Shown one piece after another: positions 1-13,088 of a DNA stretch of 64,000 nt. A program made the position numbers and the translations under genes. The DNA is from Octopus vulgaris. Its lineage: Eukaryota. Each line of letters begins with the position of its first letter. Within the stretch, counting starts at the first letter, position 1. The notes beneath the pieces were generated by a model that was not told the DNA's origin, did no database searches, and was given only the letters and a program-made list of their open reading frames with translations. The stretch spans positions 47,306,001-47,370,000 of the forward strand of contig OX597833.1 of the NCBI GenBank assembly GCA_951406725.2, in the 5' to 3' direction.

Positions 1-1013
1 ATGTTTATCCATCATCTGCAAATGAGTATGGCCTGGTTGTTTGTACCATGCTTTCACGAGTGGTTTGTTGGTGCCTTGAAGTTGCTAACAGATAATGATG
101 CCGTCTTGGCCATTATACTCTTGACCTTGACCTGACAGAGTACTGAGGATGTGTCAGCAGGAGAAGAGATAGTTGTGCACCAACAGTCACCTGGTATTCT
201 TTTTCAGTTTAGTAGACTGGAATAGTGTGAAGTGAAGTGCCTTGCTCAAGAACACAATGTGCTACTCAGTTCTAGAATTGAACCAATGACCTCGCACCTG
301 GCAGCCTAACACCTTTAACTACTAGACTATGTTCTTTCATTTATGCCTATAGTTAGTCGCCATTACCCTGTAAGGAGCATAAGGCCAGTTTCCTGATTTA
401 TCTTGCATATACATTTCCTCCCTGGATGAGAAGCTGGTCCATTGCAGGAATATTCATTTTTACCAGCTGAGTGGACTGGAGCAATGTAAAATTACGTGTT
501 TTGTTAAGAAAACAATGCATCACCTGACCCAGGAATCAAATCCGCAATCTTACTATCATGAGCCCAACACCCTAACCATTAAGCCAGGTGCCTCCACAAT
601 TGGCATCTATGCCTATAGGGGAATAAAATTATGATGAATGTTGGCTTCTTAATTATCTGATCCTGAAAAGGGGCTTCTGTTCATATTTGATATCAGGAAT
701 TAAAACCTGAAATCTACAGCAGAAAATAATCTTTTAAATGAGCTGTTTATTGATTGTGACCTTGAAGGATGTATAAATGCACGATGATAACCTTGCTTTG
801 TGTGTTGCTAAAGATATATGATAATTTAGTACTTACGCCTCACTCATCGTTACATATCATTACCTCTATTTGGTCTGTTTGACTTTTTGGCACCAGTCCA
901 AACCATACATGTTTGATAGTTTATATTGTTTTCCTTTTCTTTTTAATATATACAACTAGCAATGGTATTTAGACATTCTGATAGCTCTATCTCATATTTA
1001 GTTTGAGGGAGGC

Positions 1014-1086
1014 TATTTAGAAAACTTAGTTTTAGACACAAATATCAGACTGATATTTCTGTCTGAAACAAAGAATTTTCTAAATA
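1014..1086. repeat. Fold-back palindrome, ~36-bp arms
   Basis: TATTTAGAAAA...AGACACAAATATCAG A CTGATATTTCTGTCT...TTTTCTAAATA. Confidence 0.8.
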
Positions 1087-4000
1087 ACTTGTCCTCGTAC
1101 TAAATACTTATGCTATTATTATCATTGATTAACAGACTGAAGTGACAATAAGTAGAATGATTAACAAAATGCTAAACAGTATTTAGTTACATTACTTAAA
1201 TTCTGAGTTCAGTTCCTAGTGAGGTCAGTGTAACTTTTCATTCTTGAGAGAAGGAGTACAGGTCAGGTCAGGTGTTCAAGTGATCTCTAAGGGCTCTGGA
1301 CTGTGTCCAAGTCTCGCAGTTGTAGAGCAAGATGGGAAGAACCAGAGATCTGAAGACCTGCACCTGTGTCCTCATGCAAATTATGAGAACCAGTTCAGCA
1401 TCCAGATTAAAGGCCTTGTGAGTATGTGTTTTGGCTTTTTGTGCTCCAAGGTGAAACTTAGTTTTTTTGTCCTTTCTGACCCATTAAAGTACCAGACCAG
1501 GACATTGGACCTTGTAGTAGACTATAAAAAAAAAAAAAAGAAATAGCATAGACCTTAAGAAAGAGTTTACATCATTCTTCTTAATCCTTTAACTCCACTT
1601 GAGCGCCAACAAGAGATCTTCATCTATCTCAATGTTTGGTAATGGGTTACAGCTTCCTTTTGACTTTCACTATGTTGCTTCATATGCAGTCTCTGAAAAC
1701 TACCTCCCCTTAACAGAATTAGTTTTCATCTGTCCTCTCATTGGTGTTTCAGTAACAGCGTAGAAAAGATAGTACAGGGCTGCTAACTCTGTGCCCATCA
1801 CCCTCCTTTCTCAACCAGGCTAGGAACTGCCTATGGCAAAATTATTTGCGTCATTGTTACAGGCAATTTAAGCTGAGGTCACAAAGTACTCAAAAGAGCT
1901 ATGGTGCTGGTGGCAGCACTGGATTCAATTTATGCAACTATAACACTCCTCACAAATTTGTGTCTTTGTGCCTCTATTAAAATTCATTTATTATCATTCC
2001 AGGGGAGTGGCAGGAAGGGTGAAATGCTCAGTTAAATACCTTACGAGTTGCTCAAACATTTTTTGCAAATTAGCACCAATGGTTCAAATGAGTTTGTCAT
2101 ATGTACACCTTGATACCATGTCATCCCATCTCACTTGTGAGGCCTAATCTGTGAAGACCTGATCTAACTTAACTTGTCTCAATATCTAACATTGTAAACA
2201 CTTTTCTATACTATTAACATACAGAAAAAAGAAGATAGGAGAGCAGTGACAAATCATTACACTGTTGGCCACTCCTCAGAGAATCCTAGCTTCCTTTCCC
2301 AACCAGTAGCACAAATCAGCTGCTTTATAAAGCAATCACAAATTAGGATAGCTTAATTTATATATTTTGGTAGCTTGACCCTTTAGCATTTAAACCGGAC
2401 ACACATAACCTGCAATGTCATTCTAAAATTAAACAGTTTCGTCACTGAAATCTTGAAGCTACAAAATAATGCACGAATAATTAAAGACAATGTGAATAAA
2501 TAAGCATAACAACCTGCAGATTCATTTCTCATGTTGTACCATGTTCCTACATAGCCGAAGACCACAGTGGACACTTCAATAAGCAGTGATGAGTCATGGT
2601 ATGCAGTGTGTTCGTCTGTACATGTTGCACCCTTTCCAGTGTCTATTCCATTATTTTTTCTCCCAGCAGATTCTCTTGATAGCTACAGGGGAGGTGGGTT
2701 CAGTGAACTTGATCAGTACATAATAATTGCTGTACCTCTACCAGTTATTAGTGAATTGGTGATGTGCGCGATTGATAATACAGCCTTTTCTATATGTATG
2801 GGTTTTGTGTTTGTTGGGGTCAAGTGAGAGATATGATGTTATTAGTATACTATCGTTGTAGTTTTCTGGAATTTTTGGAGAAGATTTTCATGAAGTGATG
2901 GGAATTGTGGGATATTGAAATGAGACTGCCCCACTTTGTCCTGGTGGTCTGTGTATGATAATACATCACACAGTTTTGTGTATTTTGTAGTTTACTGTGG
3001 TTTTATGGAGAAATCGAGGATCTGTGCATTTTGTCTATGGTGGATCTAATGTATTATTCACTTAAGCCCCTCACTCCCTGAGGAGCAAAGGGCATCAATG
3101 GTTTTTCTCTACTGGTATCGATTCTGGACTGTTTTCCTCTCACAGGTTTCGGGTTTTGAATTGTCATTGATACTTCTGAGTGAGATAGGAAGAAGACAGA
3201 CTTAAACAAAACCTTGTGAGAACAGACAAATCCTTTGGGATGAGGTGGTCTATATTAGTCTGGCCACTATCCTTTGGCCTGTCCTGCATAAGTCTCTACC
3301 AGGGCTTGTGCTCTGCTGACACATTGCAGAATCATTGAGGCATATAAGCCACAGCAAGGATTGAACCTTGTAGCAGATCTAATCTATTGTTTATACATTA
3401 TTGTTATTTATTTTTTGTGGTTTTAGGCAGTTTTATTTGGCTCTCTTTACTGTTTTCTATGAAAGGTGCTGAAAAGTTCCTGGTTTTAAGGGTATTGCGA
3501 AAGACCTGGTTGGAGGCCCAACTGAGTTCTTTTATGGGGCTTGGAAAATCTGAAGGACCATTGCAATAACTGTGAATATGAGAAGAGAATATGTTGAATC
3601 AAAGCTTAATTAACTGATCCTCCTGTATTTTCTTTTACCCAAAGCAAGGAACTTTTCAGCACCCCCTCATGCATGTTGTGAATGCTGTGGGGTTGTATGT
3701 GATTTATAGTATTTTTGCTTTCTCTGTATGTGTACGTATGTAGTGTGAGGTTGTTGACTGTATTTGATATTCACTGGTATTACTGTGAAAAGGAAGACTG
3801 GATTCAGATCCAGGATTTTATGTGATACTGTGTTTTGAGTTGTGGAAAGGTCATGAAGGTACAGATTAGAAAGAGTGGGTGAGAAAATGGGTTTGTGTGG
3901 TGATCCATTTGAAGCATGATATATGGTCAAAGCAGAAGGATACTTTTTCTACATCTTTCTGAATTCAAATCTCACTCATCAGTTCGAACTTTTATCCGGC

Positions 4001-4229
4001 AGGGTCTATAAATTACATGAAAAAAACCCATCTAGATCCTTTAACTCCATATGGAGTATAGAGCATCAACAAGATATTGTCATCTATCTTGATCATTGGC
4101 AATGGATTGCATTGTTCTCCATTGTAGCTGCCTGTCAGTGCTTCAGTTTCTGTGAACCTTCTCTTGTTGTCTTTGGTCTGCTGTGCTTGATTCTCCCTTA
4201 AGTTGTCCATTCAAGGTCTTACCTTATAA

Positions 4230-4860
4230 TCATCATCAACATTATCATTTAATGTCTGCTTTCCATGCTGGCATATGTTGGACAGTTTGACATGGAGCTG
4301 GCTATCAAAGCTGTCCCAGACTCCAATTGGCATGGTTTCTATGGTTGGATGCCCTTCTTAACACCAATCACTTAACAGAGTGTACTGGGTGCTTTTTACA
4401 TGTCACTGGCACAGGTGCGTCTACGCAACACTGACAGTGATGCATTAACGCAGTACTGGCATGAGTGCTTTTTGAGTGGCACCAGCACTCGAAAGGACAA
4501 GCCTGTTTGTGTAGAAGACAGCAATTTTGCTTAGCTTGACACATCTTACCAAGTACAGCAAATCACCACATCTCCCGGTCCCTTGTCATTTCCTCAGTAA
4601 GGACCAGTGTCCAAAGATCCTTTCTCACCCCATCCCACGTCTTCCTGGGTCTACCCCTTCTACAGGTACCCTCCACAATTAGAGCTTGGCACTTCTTTAT
4701 GCAGCTGTCCTCATTCATACACATCACATGACCAAACCAGCACAGTCTTCTCTCTTGTACACAACATCTGGTACCGTTTATACCTAGTTTTCCTCTTAAA
4801 TCATTTACGCTCTGTCATGCATGCACTCTGACATTACTCACCCAGTGGAGCATGTTGGAA
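4230..4860 (-). mobile_element. Older RTE LINE 3' fragment
   Basis: Similar to 34830-35980 (GRPRKTW-like segment at ~4630-4660; CAT-repeat tail at ~4230). Confidence 0.75.
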
Positions 4861-6423
4861 TTAAATTTCTGTAGGGTGTGTCCCATCCAATGCCATTTGT
4901 TCCTTTTCATCTGGATGTCAGTAGGTTTCTGATTTGTCTGTTCTCACAAGGTTTTAAGTCTGTCTTCTTCCTATCTCACTCAGAGGATGTTCCAGAGACA
5001 GAGACATCTATTCACAAACATTTAGAGTTTGCATGAAAAAAGCATAACGACTGTTGATTCTCTACAAATTATTGGCCTTGCGTCCAGTGAAAAGAACTCG
5101 ATAATATTTTATTAGATGCCAGTAGTTATGTAATTAGTATATTCCGTAGTCTATAATGTGTGAAGAGGCAAAAATGACCAACTAGATTACGTATTGAGCT
5201 ATCAGTTAGTGATTTATTTCCTGTTTAGCTAATCTAGACAGTTCACTGAATCTGTGAGAAGGTCATAGAAATTTCTACATACTTTAGGTCAATTAGTTAC
5301 TGTGAATCAACAGATTTTCCAGTCTCTCATCTAGCTTTATGGAATCCTGTAGTTTGCAAAAAGATTTAAGTATGCAAGTGTCTGGTGTTTTTTTGTTTTT
5401 TTTTTCTTTTTCTCTTCACAGTGTTTCTGTAAAATGCTCATTATTAAAGCTTCTTAAGCCCCCCCCTCCCAATATTTTATCCGATAAATCTAAATATGTT
5501 GTATTGTATTTTGTGTATTGAAATCAGTTTTCCAGTGTTATTTAGGCTTACAGAAAGAAATTGCTTTTTTCATATATCTTCATCACTGGATTTAATTATT
5601 GTTATTCAGCATTTGGTTAGCATTGATCCACCTCATCTTTTTGTGTATCTGGGACTTCATTGTTCAGTATGTCCTTCCTTTTTTTTTTTTTTTTTTTATG
5701 GTAGTTGGTTGTGATTTAACGGAAATTTGGTTGCTATTTCTAGCTGGCCAAATGACCTCATAGAGGTTCCCCTTGTTAAAATTGATTGGATGTAGATGTG
5801 TTCTGGTTTGATGTTAATGCTTTGTTATTTACAAGTAGTTTGGGCAGTGACTGCAGGGTTTCTTTCTATCAGTTGAACTGAGAGAATATTTAAGTTGTCT
5901 AGTCTACATGCTTACCTTGATTGAGCAGACCAGCATGATCAATGATGTTCCGTCCATGACTATTCCATCTATTTTGTCTTTGGTCAGTGTATAGCGGATT
6001 AGATCATTCAACATGTCCTTCATTCCCAAGATGATAAGAGTGTTATTTGGTGGAAATGTGGCTGCCAAATCTAGCAAATTGTGAAGCCCCCTAGAGTTTC
6101 CCTCATTGATTCATGAGTTATTTAGTTTAGAGTTTATTTTAGGCATAGGCATGGCTATGGTTAAGACATTTGCTTCCCATCTATGTGGCTTTTGGTTCAA
6201 TCCCAATGCATGGTACTGTGGGCAAATGTCTGTAGCCCTGGACCAGCCAGACATACATTGTGTGTGCATGTGTATATTTCTGTGTATATGCTTGTGTCTC
6301 CTTGTCTTGACATTATATGACTGTTGTAAATGAATACCATTCATTTCCAATATTCTGTGAAGATATATCTGGCCAAGGGGGAAATATTACCTTGCTTGGA
6401 AATGGGTAAGATTTGGTAATAGG

Positions 6424-6657
6424 TGACGAGTCTATTAAGGCGGCGAGCTGGTAGAAATGTTAGCACACCTGTCGAAATGCTTAGTGATATTTCATCTGCC
6501 GTTACATTCTGAGTTCAAATTCTGCCGAGGTTGACTTTGCCTTTCATCCTTTCAGGGTCGATAAATTAAGTCCCAGTTACACACTGGAGGCGATCTAATC
6601 AACTTAATCCCTTTGTTTGTCCCCTCTATGTTTAGCCCCTTGTGGGCAATAAAGAAA
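6424..6657 (+). mobile_element. SINE family 2 with a 17-bp TSD, inserted in another SINE; copies at ~16660, 18189, 21774, 22006, 22470, 39916-40322 (tandem dimer), 51381, 57885, 63328
   Basis: GAGCTGGCAGAA...GAGTTCAAATTC (A/B-box-like), core GCCTTTCATCCTTTCGGGGTCGATAAATTAAGTACCAG; TSD TAAGATTTG(G/A)TAATAGG at 6407-6423 and 6658-6674. Confidence 0.88.
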
Positions 6658-9169
6658 TAAGATTTGATAATAGGAAGAACATCTGACTTTAGAAAATTTG
6701 CCTTCGTAAACTCCGCAAGCATGGAAAAAATGGACATTAAACTGATGAGGGTCATGGTGGCGGTAGCGGTATTTTATGTGCATGCACAATGTTTTATGAT
6801 ATGGAGAGAATTATTATGCTGGAGGATTTGTAACTTATTAGGGTTTATGAGAGAAAGCTTTGGATTCAAGACAATATTCCATGATAATCCCTATATACTG
6901 TTTCTGGAGATGTTGCAAAAGGCAGAAGACAGGAAATATTTCATATCTGTCCTAGTAAGAGCAGGTATGGCTGTGTGGTTAAGAAGCTTGCTTCTCAATC
7001 ATGTGATGTTGGGTTCAGTCCCACTGTGCAGTGCCTTGAGTAATTATCTTCTACGATAGTTCTGGCCCGTCCAAGGCCTTGTGAGTGGATTTGGTAGGTA
7101 GGAGCTGAAAGAAGCCTGTCTTATATATCTACATATGTATGTACCTTTTGTCTAGACGCTTCATTATAGTTTTAAATGAGGATCATAATCATACAACCTA
7201 GGGTGTTTATTTCCAGCCTTCTGTGGAAAAAAAAAAAAGGCCGGCCATAAAGAAATATTATTGTACTTGAAAACAGATGAGGGTTAATGATAGAAAGGGT
7301 ATCTAGCCATAGAAAATCTACCTCAACAAATTCTGTCTTTAAGCATAGAAAAATGGATGTTAAATGATAATGATGATGGACAACAGAATGAATGAGTTTA
7401 TGTAGGTGGAAGCACTTTTAATGATTATAAACATTAAACAGCGAAAGTATATTGAGTTACATTAAAATATAAACAATAATATTAATTAATGACTCAAGTT
7501 ATTTTCATTGTGCAGATGTCACCATTCAGATATATTTTTATAGACTCAATAGTAAAATGCTGTACAGGGTAATTAGTAGCATAAGCAATTCCTATGGTAA
7601 CTACATAACATTATATGGTGTGGTAACGACTTACATCCAGGACTACTGTATGTATATATATATATGTGTGTGTGTATATATATATATATATACTGTTCAA
7701 TCTAAAGATGTCATTTTTTTTTGTTTGTTTCTTTTTTAACTTATTCTTGTCTTATTTTTTCTGTTTGTGTTTGTCTTTCATATCTGCTCATACATACCTT
7801 GGTAGCTTGTGTTGCCAGGGAATATATGATATATTATGATACCTGCCAAATTAAACAATATTATCAGGTGTCAAAATTGTGTTGATACTTGGTTGACAAC
7901 TTATGAGGGGTTGAGCAAGCCTACATCCATTGTGTGTGTGTGTGTGTGTGTTTTCCAGTTTATCTGTTTGTTCCTTTGTCATCCCCTGTACTTCCTCCTT
8001 CCATGTACCACATTTTTTATTATTGCTTTGTGAGATCATAGACTTCCACCTAGAAAGTTCCCTTTCCAAAGTGCAGACCTAGGCAGTTTTCCACAAGAGA
8101 AGAAGCAGTTGCTCATCCACGCAAATCTTGTTTCATGCCATTGAAAAGGACAAAAGCTGATACAGTTTGGTGCCAATGTTGCTGCATCTAACATCTAACA
8201 AATAGACATTCTCATTAATCATTTCAATAAAACCAGCCACCAGAAACCATTCAAAGCAGACAGAATCATAAAAATACTGCATACTTTATCTAATCAATGC
8301 ACCCCCTCCTCCGTCTCTCTCTCTCTCTCAAAAAAATCTATAAACTACGAACTCAGAAATATATACAGATGCATTAATCACATGGATCCTTAATGAGTCA
8401 TTAATAAATGTATATTCAACTGCTTATACCTAAGGCTATGAGTAATAATAAAGGTAACATCGCAATTTTACACCAAAGCAGTCAATGAAGAGAAAATTGT
8501 TGATGGCAGATTCTTGGTGAATAGCCACAGTTTACATTAAATTTATCACAGATTCACTGCCAATCTTAGGTTGACCTTTGGTACTGCAATCTTCTTGTGT
8601 TGCTTAACATGCAAGAAATAGCACCCGGATCTCTCTCCTCACACCCTACAGGGTTACAAAAAAGGAATGACATTGGATAATGTAGACCTAGAGACATCTG
8701 AACACAATAAGCTGGTGTGGTCATGACTGGACCACCTTTGAAGTAGGTTTGTTTCAATAAAGTTAGCCTAGGATTAAACAACAGCACGACCACCATTTCC
8801 ACCATACAAAACTGAAGTAACTATAACAATATATTTTATTCGACATCTCTTATCTTTCTCATTGTACGGCAAAATCCAATGAAAAGCTTTTCTTTAATCC
8901 TTTTGTGACCATATTTCTGTTGCAATACATTATTTTTCTTTCAGTTAATTTCTAAAATAATGAAGAATACAATAAAACAGCCTCATTATTCATCATCATC
9001 ATTAACATCTGTTTTCCATGCTGGCATGCGTCGGACAGTTTGACAGGAACTGGCCAGCTCTAATTGTCTGTTTTGGTATGGTTTCCCCAGCTGGATGCCT
9101 CTAAGTTGATATTTCAAGTGGTTGGCATTAGGAAGGGCATCCAGTTGTAGAGACATTGTTGAAACAGAC

Positions 9170-9898
9170 ATAGAGCTGGCTCCATTAGCCACTACTGCCT
9201 GACTTCTATCTTTTAGAAAGTCGTGTAACCACTTTCCAAATTTTCCAGCTATGCCGAGACCACACACTTTGTGGCATATCATACCATGATCCACTTTGTC
9301 AAAAGCTCTTGCAAAATCAAAGTATATTACATCCACATTTGAGTTGTTGAGTAACTGCCTCAACACCCAGTCATGATGTTGTAAGAGCTAGGCCAGGCAG
9401 CTCCTACCTGGTCGAAAGCCATGCTGGGTATCACTCAGCAAGTTATTTTCTTCAAGGAATGCGATTACTTTCCATCTGACTATCCGTTCCATCACTTTGC
9501 TGATGTGTGAAGTCAGAGAGATAGGCCTATAGTTCTTGGCATCTGCTCTGCTTCCTCCTTTTTGGATTGGGCATATTATTCCCTCCTTCAGCTTGCTTGG
9601 CAGTCTGCTATTTGCAAGAAAGCTCTAGAAGAGAATCTGGAAGGGTTTTGCCAGGACATGCTTACACGATTTGAGGAGGATTGCTGGGAAACCATCAGGA
9701 CCAGCAGTTGAGTTTGCTGTCCACCTCATCTGTGGCTAGTAGTATATCTTCTTCGCTAATGTCGATGTATTCCATCGTAACTGCCTTGCTGGTTATAGGT
9801 GAGGTGGCAAAGAAGTCCACTGATTCATTCACTTGTCTGTTTTCCAACGAGGTGGTAAAGACACTTTTGAACTGGTCATTCACTACCTCACTGATCCC
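9170..9898 (-). mobile_element. CR1/Jockey-group LINE reverse transcriptase fragment (decayed)
   Basis: Minus-strand translation gives NDQFKSVFT, YRPISLTSHISKVMERIV, QHGFRPGRSC, VDVIYFDFARAFDKVDH, WLHDFLKDRSQ. Confidence 0.9.
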
Positions 9899-10214
9899 CG
9901 AGAACTACATTAAGGGTACACGTGTCTGTGGAGTGCTCAGCCACTTGCATGTTAATAAATGAGCTGCAACGTCACTGGTGCCAAGCTGTATTGACCTTTG
10001 CCTTTCCCTTGGATAACATCGGTGGCTTGGAGAGGGGAGGCTGGTATGCGTGGGTGACTGCTAGTCTTCCATAAACAACCTTGCCCAGACTTGTGCCTCG
10101 GAGGGTAACTTTCTAGGTGCAATCCCATGGTCATTCATGACCAAATGGGGTCGCACACATATATATTTCTTTTTTATATATACATATATCTATATAAAAT
10201 TTAAAATTTAGAGT

Positions 10215-11048
10215 CATAGCTCTTTCAATCTGTCCCAGTAGCTCAGTTGTTCCATTGATGCAATTTTCTTTGTGTAATGTCTTTGGACTGTTTCAAGCTC
10301 TGCTATCGTCCTTGTAGTATAAGGTGACCATAGCTGAGAGCAGAAGTCCAGTCAGCTGAGGATAAATGACTTCCATAGTGTCATCGTAGTTTCTTGGTCC
10401 CTTGTCCGGAAGGTTCTCAGAATCCAACCGGCCAGTCTTCTGAATACTGCTACCATTTTGTTGATATGTGTGAAATGAGGCATTGTTGCTCATTTCTATT
10501 TCAAGATCACGCACCGTATTTGATTCTGGGATCGTTGCTCCACTTGGTCCAATGTACTGATGTCGTGATGCCTGAGCAGTGCTTAACTGGTAGCAGAGGG
10601 CCTGGAATTTACTTGCATTAAATTGCATGTTGTTATCCTCAGCCCATATATAGATGGCATCAAGGTCTTTCTGTAAGAACGTAGCATCAGAGGTTTCCTT
10701 GACTGACTGTGCAACTTTTGTGTTGTTGGCATAGCTGGTAAGCATAGCCGCCTCTGTCACTGATGGCATATCCGATAGGGCTACCATGAAAAGCAGTGAC
10801 CCCAGTACAGTGCCCTGGGGTACTCCACTCACTACTGGTGTCTCTGTGGAGAGAGCTCTGTTCGCTGCTACAGTTTGGCTCCTGTCCTTCAGGAAATCAT
10901 GCGGCCACTCTCCGACTTTACCTGTGATGCCAAGTCCCCTTATTTTGTGGCATATTTTATGGTCGACCTTGTCAAATTCCTTCGCAAAATTGAGCTATAC
11001 CACTTCCACCTTTGAGCAGTTCATTAATTGCTTCAGTACCCTATCATC
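10215..11048 (-). mobile_element. CR1/Jockey-group LINE reverse transcriptase fragment, second copy (decayed)
   Basis: SGVPQGTVLGSLLF, YANNTK (decayed YADD), LQKDLDAIYIWAEDNNMQFNASK, VRDL; frameshifted. Confidence 0.9.
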
Positions 11049-11968
11049 TTTCCACTTTTGTCGGATGGAGTTCGATGCTACTGCCTTCTTTTGAATTTCT
11101 TGCTTAGTTTAATATTTTCCTATCCTTCCTTTAATACTGGTTCCCATATACTACTCATATACTCCTCAGTCTGCTTAGGAGGTTGTTGTATCCTAGCATA
11201 TGTGCTGCTGCTTTTATTTTTCGTGGTGTGGTTGAGTGGTTAGTAACCACTTGGTTTCAGGTGCAGTACCACTGCATGGTACGTTGTGTGAGCGTCTTCT
11301 ACTATAGCTCTGAGCTGACTAAAGACTTGTTAGTGGATGTAAGAAGCCTGTCTTGTGTGCAAAGCCTTGTTTTGACATTACGCAATAGTTATAAATAATG
11401 TGCCATTGTCATACAAGCAGTGTCATTCATTTCTGCTGTTCTATCAGAATGTCTGGTCATATGGGGGAAATATCACCTTGCTTGGAAGCAAGTAGGGGTT
11501 GGTGACAGGAAGAGCATCCAACTAGCTGTAGAAATTTTGCCTCAATAAATTCTGTCCAACTGATGCAAACATGAAAGAGTGGGCATTAAAGCAATAATGA
11601 ATACCCTTGAAAGATAAAAGGCAAAAATTGACTTTGGCAGAATTCAAACTGTGAATGTAAAGAAGCAGAACAATTATCTCAAGATATTTCGTTTAACGTT
11701 CTAACAATTCTGCCAATCTCTTGTGTAAGATCTTCCATATAATAAGCCTTAGAAATTTAGTAATCACTCCAGGTTTTAGTAATGTGAAATTTATTTTAAA
11801 AATGGTAACCTCTCTCTGTCTTAGAGATCATAGATTAAGCTAATGGCTATACTCTTTTAGAGAGACACAACTAATTCAGCAACAGCTTTTATTATCTTTT
11901 CAGTGGGTTTCAGTTAATTTCTAAAATAATCAAGAATTCAAAATTTTTATTTGTTGCTATCCTGTTTA

Positions 11969-12150
11969 TCATCATCATCATCATCTTCATCGTTTAACGT
12001 CCGCTTTCCATGTTGGCATGGGTTGGACAATTTGACTGAGGACTGGCGAACCAGATGGCTGCACCAGGCTCCAATCTGATCTGGCAGAATTTCTACAGCT
12101 GGATGCCCTTCCTAACGCCAAGCACTCTGAGAGTGTAGTGGGTGCTTTTG
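11969..12150 (-). mobile_element. Short RTE 3'-end retrocopy with (GAT)n tail; further copies at ~22222-22467(+), 28008-28258(-), 33651-33832(-), 44045-44174(+), 56718-57032(+)
   Basis: CATCATCGTTTAACGTCCGCTTTCCATG...GGATGCCCTTCCTAACGCCAA matches the 3' UTR of the RTE at 34830-35000. Confidence 0.85.
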
Positions 12151-12667
12151 TATATATATATATGCTCAAGTCAGAGATGTGTTCCAGCTGTGACCATTTT
12201 GTTTTTGTTCTCAGACATAGTATATCGAGGAAGTCTGGTACTATTCTGTGGTTTTGTTTTGCCAAACCATCAAGTTGCAGGGACATAAACAAACCAACAC
12301 TATGCCAAGTGTGGGTGACATAAACACACACACACATCACATACAATGGACACATATACATAACGAAATTCCACATAGTTTCTGTCTATTCACTTACAAG
12401 GCATTGGTCAGCCTGCAGCTATAGTGGAAGCCCAAGGTGTTGTGCAGTGGGACTGAACTCAAAACCACATGGTTGCAAAGTAAGCTTCTTAACTTATGAA
12501 GCTGCACCTGACTTTGCTACTGATAGCAATGAGCTGATTTTCAGCATTTTACAGCCAAGTAGACTGAGCCAGTGATTTTGATATATGTTGATCATATATT
12601 CAAAATGGAAGATTATGTCAGTGACAGAATATAAACCATGGACTCTGATTGGATGATCAACATTGTA

Positions 12668-12884
12668 CAAGCAGGTGCTGAAATGTTCCTGACTTTGGAT
12701 AAAAGAAAATACAGGAGGATCAGTTAACTATGATTTTATTCAATGTATTCCTCTCTCAGAATCACACACTTATTACAGTGGTCCTTAAGTTTTTCTAAGC
12801 CTTGTAAAAGAACTCAGAAGGTTGGACCTCCAACCAGGCCTTTCGTGATACCCCTAAAGCCAGGAACTTTTGAGCAACCGCTTG
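12668..12884. mobile_element. Mariner-derived MITE (~210 bp); other copies at 3460-3669 and ~49860-50061
   Basis: TIRs GGTGCTGAAA(A/T)GTTCCTG / CAGGAACTTTT(C/G)AGCA, TA on both sides, three similar copies. Confidence 0.88.
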
Positions 12885-13088
12885 TAATTACATAGTGCTG
12901 GTTCTTATTGAATTATATACTCAGTGTGTGTGTTCTGGTTTCTGTCATTTAGGCTTCACTCATTGTGTGGAATCTCCCGTCGTTTTAGTTGATTAAATCA
13001 ACCTTGAAAAGTCAAAAGGCATAGAGACTCTAGATCAGATTTGAACCAAGAATTTTAAAGGGATGTAAACAAAAACTACAAAAACTTT

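Noticed and set aside
1244-1546. 100-aa ORF with non-ATG start
   Set aside because: Starts in a decayed SINE, ends in a poly-A run, no recognisable domain.
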